Of a DNA stretch of 64,000 nucleotides, positions 57,505 through 64,000 are shown in pieces. The translations under genes were made by a program, and so were the position numbers. Origin of the DNA: an uncultured delta proteobacterium (GTDB lineage: Bacteria > Desulfobacterota > RBG-13-43-22); NCBI GenBank assembly GCA_963711835.1, contig CAVQFQ010000012.1, forward strand, positions 32,001 through 96,000, in the 5' to 3' direction. The notes under the pieces were generated by a model that did not search any database, was not told the DNA's origin, and saw only the letters and a list, made by a program, of their open reading frames with translations. Numbering within the stretch: position 1 is the stretch's first letter; each line of letters starts with the position of its first letter.

Positions 57505-60261
57505 CTAATTCCCGGGTGAAACCTGAGGGGCATGGATCTCAACTTTTTCCACTGACCACCAGTAGACCGGATCGGACTGAGTCAAGGTCAAGCGCAGGAA
57601 TCGTGTCTTAATGGCCGGCTGACACCGGTATCGCATCCAGGAACCTCGGCTCGAAAGTAGAAGCTGGCCGCTGAAAACAAGGGGTTCCGTTTGATCCAAC
57701 GATACCGGATCCCAATTCCTGCCATCCTGAGAGAATTCGGCTCTCAAACCCCGAGGATAGTCATCAGCGTAATAGGGGTTGTGAAGCGTTATCCACTCGA
57801 CAGGTTGGCTTCGGCCACCATCCAAAATCAGGCTTAAACCGGGTCGCTGGGGAGTTCCTGTACTCCACCGTTTGCCCTTGATATAACCATGCACTAATCC
57901 TGCCGCTTCTTTTGGGTTGGACTCCGAATAGGAGGCGGCCAAGGGTAGGCTACCCTTCATCTGCCTACCCTGTAGAATAAAAAGTGTGTAACGACCCAGA
58001 TCCATTGATCGGGAGCGGATGCCCGAACGGCCCAAGCGCAAAGCCACTTCGGAGGTTTCCCGCTTGGCGATCAGCAAGCCGTTCCCAACCCCGGGATCCA
58101 GCAAGGGGAGGGTGTGAGGGAGGACAAGACCAACCTCATCATTATATTCATTGGCTAATAAAACCGCAGGCTGCAGTCCCACTCGACTTCTAATAACAGC
58201 CGAGGGCCAGGCATCGGCATAGACCCTTCTAAGGGGAAGCGTTGAAAACACCCTGACCAGTTGGTCGGCTGTTTGAGACCAGGTAGGAAGTCTCATCCGT
58301 TGGCCGGGGCCAAAGACCAAACATTCTCTGGTGCTCAGGTCTAAATGGTCCTGACCCAGGTTCGTCAGGCGAAGATAGCGCAGGGTTTGCGGTTTGAAAT
58401 AACATTCCACCCTGGGGTAGCGGATTTTAAGAAAGGGATGAGGTCCGGAGAAATAAAAAGGCCCCCAATACCCATTCGTTTCCCTGATGATTTTGAAATT
58501 TAAATCGGACCCGGCCCCCTCCAAACGTAAGCCGGCCGGCATTTTTCTGAAATCTTCAACAATCAAGGCCAGGCCGCTTACGGCTTCCTCTCGTCCAAAA
58601 TCCAGGAGAAAGCCGTTCCCCTCGGCCTCTTTTTCGCCGACGGTAAACCCGGTGGTAAAATCGCCATCATGAAGAGACCGGCCCAGGTCCTCCCCCTGTA
58701 AAGAGTAAAACTTCCACTGGTCTCTTTCTAAAAGACGTTCGGCACCTTGAGGTTCAGCAAAGGAATGAAAAATTCTATTTTGCCAGAGCCGATAAGACAG
58801 ACCCAATAAATGGGCACTTTTTCCAATCTCTTCCATAAAACCCGGGTTTATCGCAGCATCGACCAGGACCGAAGAAGAGACTTGTTCTTCTGCCCAGGGA
58901 TGGGAAATGATGGGCTTCCCGGCGGCCAGGAAGGCCATCTGAAGATCGTCACCATAGAGGTATTCAAAACCTTCTTTCCTGATGGTCTCCAATTGCTCCT
59001 TCATTTTTCCTTCCCGCTGGAGATAAAAACCCTGGCGGACATCCAGCAGGCTTCCCCCAACACCCCAATTAATCCTGAAAGTGCTATAGCCGTGAATAGC
59101 CGTGCCGACTACCAATAAGGCCAGAAGGAGCGTTGGCCAAGGGGCTTTCCATCTTACCGTTCCCCAGAATCCCCAGCACCAGGGAAGAATCAGAATTAGA
59201 GGAAGCAAATAGCGTTGGTCAAAGGAACCTATACTCTGCCAGTTCCCCCCAATAAGGAGCGCGCTGCAATTGACCAGCACCAGCACCGGGGGGAGCAGAT
59301 TCGTCCGGATTGGAGAGCGAAGACCGGATAGGGTCAATCGGACCAGAGAAACCAAAAAAAGACTTAGCCAACCGAGGCTGGTTAAAAATTTCAAGGAGTT
59401 GATGGAGAGGCCGTCGATACCGGCCAATGAGTGAATCCCAAAAAGTCCGGGAAGGGCAATAAAGAAAAAGTTGTTTAGACGTTTACCGATAAAAAGTACT
59501 TCCTGGGCGGTTTCTATATTCCACCAAGGCCAGCCGTAATAAAGGCAAAAATAGATGAGCGGACTGGCTCCGACCAGGAGTCCAAGAATCAGCCAAGGGA
59601 AGGAGGGTCTCCAAAAATAAAACCGGAGCATCAGTAATAAAAAAAACCCGCAAGTCCCGATGACAATGGCTGTAAGAAAATTGGTCCAAAAGGCGCATCC
59701 TGAAAGAAGACCCCAAATGAAAAAAACCTTTGAATCGGGTTTGTTCCTTTCCAGCACTGTAACAGTCAGGAGAAGTATAAGGGCAGAAAGGAAGAGAGCC
59801 AGGGGATAATGGGTCCGGGCCTCCCCGACCCAATACAAGGCAAAGGCTGGAGGAAAGGCCAGACAGGCTATTCCTATCATCAAACCCCAAGACTGGAGTT
59901 GTTTTTTCAATATCCAATACAAGACCAGCATGGTCCCCAGGGAAAGCAGAAAAGGCAAAAAATTAACAGCCAGAGAAGAAGCACCGGTCCAGGCATAGAT
60001 GGGTGCGGCCAGATAAGCATCCAGGGTACCCATAAACTTCTGACCGTAAAAAAAAAGGGGGAAGTTGCCTTTTAGGACATCCAATCCCAACAGTCCGCAG
60101 GTGGCTGCATCCCGATCCATAACCGCGGAGGCATATCTCCATAAACGCAGAACCACCGCCGTGGAAAAAAGAAGAATAACCAAGCCGCTCCTCCAGGCTG
60201 ATTTTTTCACCGAATTCGTTTGAAAGTCGCCCCTTTCAGAGAAGGCCATTTTTTCTCTCAT
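57505..60261 (-). CDS. GT-C (PMT/ArnT-like) membrane glycosyltransferase with C-terminal discoidin (F5/8 type C) domains
   Basis: D.A..GL...PLFFYGQ..MG, many TMs, RWSTGTPQ...YPRGL...SQDGRNW...WWSVEKV. Confidence 0.75.
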   Translation of the reverse strand: MREKMAFSERGDFQTNSVKKSAWRSGLVILLFSTAVVLRLWRYASAVMDRDAATCGLLGLDVLKGNFPLFFYGQKFMGTLDAYLAAPIYAWTGASSLAVNFLPFLLSLGTMLVLYWILKKQLQSWGLMIGIACLAFPPAFALYWVGEARTHYPLALFLSALILLLTVTVLERNKPDSKVFFIWGLLSGCAFWTNFLTAIVIGTCGFFLLLMLRFYFWRPSFPWLILGLLVGASPLIYFCLYYGWPWWNIETAQEVLFIGKRLNNFFFIALPGLFGIHSLAGIDGLSINSLKFLTSLGWLSLFLVSLVRLTLSGLRSPIRTNLLPPVLVLVNCSALLIGGNWQSIGSFDQRYLLPLILILPWCWGFWGTVRWKAPWPTLLLALLVVGTAIHGYSTFRINWGVGGSLLDVRQGFYLQREGKMKEQLETIRKEGFEYLYGDDLQMAFLAAGKPIISHPWAEEQVSSSVLVDAAINPGFMEEIGKSAHLLGLSYRLWQNRIFHSFAEPQGAERLLERDQWKFYSLQGEDLGRSLHDGDFTTGFTVGEKEAEGNGFLLDFGREEAVSGLALIVEDFRKMPAGLRLEGAGSDLNFKIIRETNGYWGPFYFSGPHPFLKIRYPRVECYFKPQTLRYLRLTNLGQDHLDLSTRECLVFGPGQRMRLPTWSQTADQLVRVFSTLPLRRVYADAWPSAVIRSRVGLQPAVLLANEYNDEVGLVLPHTLPLLDPGVGNGLLIAKRETSEVALRLGRSGIRSRSMDLGRYTLFILQGRQMKGSLPLAASYSESNPKEAAGLVHGYIKGKRWSTGTPQRPGLSLILDGGRSQPVEWITLHNPYYADDYPRGLRAEFSQDGRNWDPVSLDQTEPLVFSGQLLLSSRGSWMRYRCQPAIKTRFLRLTLTQSDPVYWWSVEKVEIHAPQVSPGN

Positions 60262-60311
60262 GCACCGTTTTCACAAGACTATTAAGAATTTTTCTTTAAA
60301 AACGTTTCCCT

Positions 60312-63050
60312 TTAGCCGGGCCTGGGTACCCTATCCCGAGGCCCCCAGATCGACAAATCCGCTACCGACCAGTAATAGGCAGGTTGGTTTTCCTGACAAA
60401 CCATTTTTAAATAGCGCGTTTCCAGGGCAGGGAAAATATAAGCACAGGAAGTTCCGCTGCCGATTAAATGACTGCCGGTCCAGCGAAGGGTTTGATGAAA
60501 ACGTAGTTGGGTGTCTATTTCTTTCCAGGCCAGACCATCCGGCGAGGAGTAGATTTTGAGCTTTTGAGCAACATCCTGAAAATCGGTGCCGGGGTCGAGG
60601 ATGAGGGCCGATACTTTTTCCCTTTTTATTAAATCACAGGCTATAAACATGTCATCTCGGCGGGGTGTCCCGCTTGTCCATCTGGTTTTCCTATGGCGGT
60701 CGATCATCAAGGGGAGGTCCTTTTGATTATGGCCGGTTTTTAGTTCCACGGCACTCAGATCGAGCTGTTTCAGGGTCAGGAAGGGATTTTCCAACGCATA
60801 GATCAGGCTGTATTCTCCGAATGGGTGCACTTGATAATGGTATAACTGCGCCTTTAAAAATCCAAGCACTTCTTCCTGATCTCTCCGATGGACGGCCACG
60901 GCCTGAATTTCTTCCGCTGCATAGTCCCATTTAGCCCGAAGTTCAGGGAATGCAGCATTATAGCGGACATTAGCGATTATCTGTTTCCGGCTCTGATGGT
61001 TCATATTGGCCGAAGCATAGAGATCGCCGACTATTCTTCGCTGGCCGAGGCCCTTTAAAAAAGCGGCCATAGACTCCCAATCGCTTAACGGTTTGATCCG
61101 CTCCTTCTTTTTTGAGGAATACAAAATTATTTCGGATAATTCCCAAGGATTGGAATGGGTTCCGGTCTGTTTAATGCGGACATAACGGGCCTTCCGGCCG
61201 GGGAAAATGTATTGATTGAATCCATCCAAAACCTTATAGCCTGGATGAGCCCCCGCCCAATACAAGGTGCTTGAGGTTTTGAGATTGACCGCTTGGGACC
61301 ATTCCCGGTTGTCCAGGGAGGTCTCAATGACAACCTGTACCGGAAGGGTGTCTGACCAATTTGGGATCAAATCCACCCTGGAAAGCGACTCCTCCCGCCC
61401 CAGATCGAAGGCGATTACCTCGCTGCCTTTCTGGGGCCCTGGTGTTGACCAGGAGGTGGCCATATTGCCGTCTAATAAACCGGCGGCCGAGGCGTTGTTG
61501 GGATAGGCGGAAATTTGCATTTTTTCCCGGTCGAGGGGCTCATAAGCTTCTTCCGGTGCTTTTATATTGAAAAAAATTTTATAGTGCGGGACATCAAGGC
61601 TTGAATAACCAGGACTTCCCAGGGCATCAAGACCCTGCTTAAAAAACTCGGCCTCAGCAGGATCCCGAAAAATAAAGGCGGGATAACGTGTTCCGTCGAC
61701 CACTAAGGAAAGACGAGGATAACGGCTGTTGTAATAATGACTGCAAACTATTTTCCCTTGCGAGACAAAGTTAAGAGGACCTTCGTCAAGAAAGTCCGTA
61801 TAGGCCCTGGTAATCCGTTCTTTTTCCAAGGAAGGGAGAAGGCCTTTCCACTGTAAATAGGGTGCTTCAAAGTGAACTTCGTATCGAAGAAAGGTTTGAT
61901 TTTTATATCCCTGAACATTGGTCCAGAGATTAACGGCAAGCAGCCCTATAAAAAGAAGGGACCCCGATAGGCTGTGGTAGTTGCGTGTTTCGGTCAAAAC
62001 ACAATCGAAAATCAAAGCCAGCCCGACCAGGATCGGGATATAATAACGATAACTGACCACCCCAAACCGGCCGGCATTGACATAACTATAGGCAAAAAGT
62101 GTCAGGGCTATGACCATCCAGGAGAAGAGCCACAGCAGACCCTTAGGGGAAAATCTATTGCCCGGCCGTTTAAAAAAGAAAAAGACACTCAACGACAAAA
62201 GGATCAGAATTCCCAACCAGGTTAATAAGGAAATGGGGCCGGGCAATAAATCATAGCCAAGGAAGGAGTTCATCTGGAGGACGGATTTCCAGATATCCTC
62301 AAGTAAAGAAAGAATGGGTTGTCGGCTTAGTTCAGTTTGGCCGAAATTGAACGTCCCAAAACGGATGGTCAGGCTTTTAACCCAGAAGGGATAAGCGCCG
62401 ACCAGACAGCCTAAAAACGATAGAGGAAAGTAACGAATAACCCGGACATCGTTTAAGAGGAGAATACAGCCGCTGGGGATGGCATAAATAAGTGTCGCCG
62501 GACTCATCCATAATCCGAAGCCAACGGCTAACCCCCATAAAAAAAAGTTCACCCAAGCCCATTTCCTGGAAACAATGGCCCTGGCGGTCAGATAAAAAAT
62601 AAGCCCCCCGCAGAATAATCCTCCCATATGCCCCGAAGGTTGGATGGAACGGACGCATAAGACCATCGGGGAAAGGATCAACCAGCCGACGGCAACCAGG
62701 CCGTTGCTGTCCCGGTTCATCAGGCGAAATCCTTGCCAAAACAGCAATAACCCGGCCAGGGTCAGAATCAAAACAGAAAGACGCAGGAAGAAGGTGCTGG
62801 GTGAGAATATCAAAAAAAATGGAATAGCGACTAAGGATTCCAGAGGCCCAAAATATTCTTGTCCGTAAAAGAAGAGCGGTAGCTTCTCTCCGTTAATGAT
62901 ATCCTGGGCCATAATCCCCAGAACAGCTTCGTCCATATTCAATTCGGAGTGAAAGGTAATGAGATAGGGGACCCGCAGGGCCAGTCCGATTAGAATAATG
63001 AGAATAAGCCCCAAAAAGAGCCGTTTTCGTGGGGACCATCCGGGAAACAT
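60312..63050 (-). CDS. Paralogous GT-C membrane protein with two discoidin domains
   Basis: MDEAVLGIMA...PLFFYGQEYFG; LDGNMATSWST; DRHRKTRWTSG...YYWSVADL; start placed at MFPGW, downstream of the IR element. Confidence 0.75.
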   Translation of the reverse strand: MFPGWSPRKRLFLGLILIILIGLALRVPYLITFHSELNMDEAVLGIMAQDIINGEKLPLFFYGQEYFGPLESLVAIPFFLIFSPSTFFLRLSVLILTLAGLLLFWQGFRLMNRDSNGLVAVGWLILSPMVLCVRSIQPSGHMGGLFCGGLIFYLTARAIVSRKWAWVNFFLWGLAVGFGLWMSPATLIYAIPSGCILLLNDVRVIRYFPLSFLGCLVGAYPFWVKSLTIRFGTFNFGQTELSRQPILSLLEDIWKSVLQMNSFLGYDLLPGPISLLTWLGILILLSLSVFFFFKRPGNRFSPKGLLWLFSWMVIALTLFAYSYVNAGRFGVVSYRYYIPILVGLALIFDCVLTETRNYHSLSGSLLFIGLLAVNLWTNVQGYKNQTFLRYEVHFEAPYLQWKGLLPSLEKERITRAYTDFLDEGPLNFVSQGKIVCSHYYNSRYPRLSLVVDGTRYPAFIFRDPAEAEFFKQGLDALGSPGYSSLDVPHYKIFFNIKAPEEAYEPLDREKMQISAYPNNASAAGLLDGNMATSWSTPGPQKGSEVIAFDLGREESLSRVDLIPNWSDTLPVQVVIETSLDNREWSQAVNLKTSSTLYWAGAHPGYKVLDGFNQYIFPGRKARYVRIKQTGTHSNPWELSEIILYSSKKKERIKPLSDWESMAAFLKGLGQRRIVGDLYASANMNHQSRKQIIANVRYNAAFPELRAKWDYAAEEIQAVAVHRRDQEEVLGFLKAQLYHYQVHPFGEYSLIYALENPFLTLKQLDLSAVELKTGHNQKDLPLMIDRHRKTRWTSGTPRRDDMFIACDLIKREKVSALILDPGTDFQDVAQKLKIYSSPDGLAWKEIDTQLRFHQTLRWTGSHLIGSGTSCAYIFPALETRYLKMVCQENQPAYYWSVADLSIWGPRDRVPRPG

Positions 63051-63077
63051 AGGAAATAAAAATTTAGGTTGTCCCAA

Positions 63078-63382
63078 AGTTACGTGATTTTTAAGCACTC
63101 CATTCTTAGAGGGCTTCGGGGGTCTTGATTTCAAGGTTGTCCAAAAGGTAATCCGTAGCCCCAACCCGGCCCGAATTTCTAAGTTGGTTGGGAGCCGGGC
63201 ATTCACCCAAGACGATAAATCGCTTTGGTGTTGGCCTGTTTCTAAACCCCATTATAAACTTCCTGCCCGGGTTCAGGCTGCCGGCGTTTTGGTGGACAAT
63301 CCTTGAAATCAAGACCCCTGAAGCCCTTTTGGGTGATTTATTATTTAAGAGGCTACCCCTTCGGTTTGAGAATCACGTAACT
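63078..63382. repeat. Nested inverted-repeat element (MITE-like)
   Basis: Outer AGTTACGTGATT/AATCACGTAACT (12 bp perfect); inner about 34-bp IR 63110-63143 / 63293-63327. Confidence 0.7.
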
Positions 63383-63386
63383 AGGG

Positions 63387-64000
63387 TCAGGCCCCTTTGA
63401 ATTCCCCTTTTCTGTTTTGCAGATACGAAGCGATGGCCTCGTAGAGGTCCTCGGAAGGCAGGATCATAGAGGATCGGGCGGCCGTGTAATCCAGGGACTG
63501 TTCCAGACCGACCTCTTCATTGTAAAGCAGGACCTCCTTGGCCCCCTGCACTCCCAGGGGCGAATTGGAGGCGATCTCCTCGGCCATTTCCCTGGCTTTC
63601 GCTTCAAGGGTCCCCTGGTCCGGATAGACGTCATTGACCAGATTGATGGCCTTGGCCCGCCCGGCATCGAAGCGATGCCCCCGGAAGGCGATCTCCCGGG
63701 CATGGCCGCGACCGACCACCCGGGGCAGGCGCTGCAATCCCCCCACATCGGTAATGATGGCCAGCTTGGGCTCCGGCAGGGCGAAGAGGGTTTCGGCCGA
63801 GCAGAGACGGATGTCGCAGCACAGGACCAGTTCCAGACCCGCTCCCAGGCAGTGACCAAAGATAACCGCAATGGTCGGCTGAAGCAGGCGCTCCAGCCGG
63901 GTGTGAATGGCCTGGACCTTTTTAGCCATCCGATAAAATTTCAGCTTCTGAGTGGCGCTGGCCGCGGCCCCGATGGTCATGAGAAGTTCATTCTCCGGGC
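63387..64000 (-). CDS. Enoyl-CoA hydratase family protein (5' end outside the window)
   Basis: PTIAVIFGHCLGAGLEL...DIR...LPEPKLAIITDVGGLQRL. Confidence 0.9.
   Translation of the reverse strand, partial: PENELLMTIGAAASATQKLKFYRMAKKVQAIHTRLERLLQPTIAVIFGHCLGAGLELVLCCDIRLCSAETLFALPEPKLAIITDVGGLQRLPRVVGRGHAREIAFRGHRFDAGRAKAINLVNDVYPDQGTLEAKAREMAEEIASNSPLGVQGAKEVLLYNEEVGLEQSLDYTAARSSMILPSEDLYEAIASYLQNRKGEFKGA

Overview
Chromosomal window, most likely from an anaerobic Desulfobacterota/deltaproteobacterium (inferred from gene content, a selenoprotein and an EF-Tu Cys insert). 1-12 kb is the core tRNA(Thr,Tyr,Gly,Thr)-tuf-rpmG-tRNA(Trp)-secE-nusG-rplKAJL-rpoB-rpoC cluster on the minus strand. 12-16 kb holds miscellaneous genes: PH-domain membrane protein, TlpA, creatininase family, PAS hybrid kinase and a sigma54-preceded minor pilin. 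16.5-25.2 kb is a TetR-led lipid/acyl-CoA beta-oxidation cluster. Two of its multidomain proteins (MaoC hydratase-SDR-SCP2 and HMGS/PhlA-like-DUF35-SDR-SCP2) share a protein-identical 681-bp SDR module, followed by an SCP2-type thiolase and an acyl-CoA dehydrogenase. 25-57 kb is accessory DNA: a UGA-containing OsmC-like selenoprotein whose 3' end is duplicated 4.2 kb away, a four-helix-bundle gene enclosed by a perfect 23-bp inverted repeat, an Mrr-like nuclease/SF2 helicase ending in 8 tandem ~71-aa repeats with hypervariable positions and no methyltransferase, two co-oriented patchworks of toxin-antitoxin fragments in which most toxins are truncated, IS91-like remnants, CoA-metabolism genes, queC/queE and a diguanylate cyclase. 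The window ends with two paralogous GT-C/discoidin membrane proteins and a partial crotonase. Many 1-bp frameshifts between about 24 and 52 kb also hit housekeeping-type genes and are probably partly sequencing/assembly error. All family calls come from reading motifs by eye; no database search was run.
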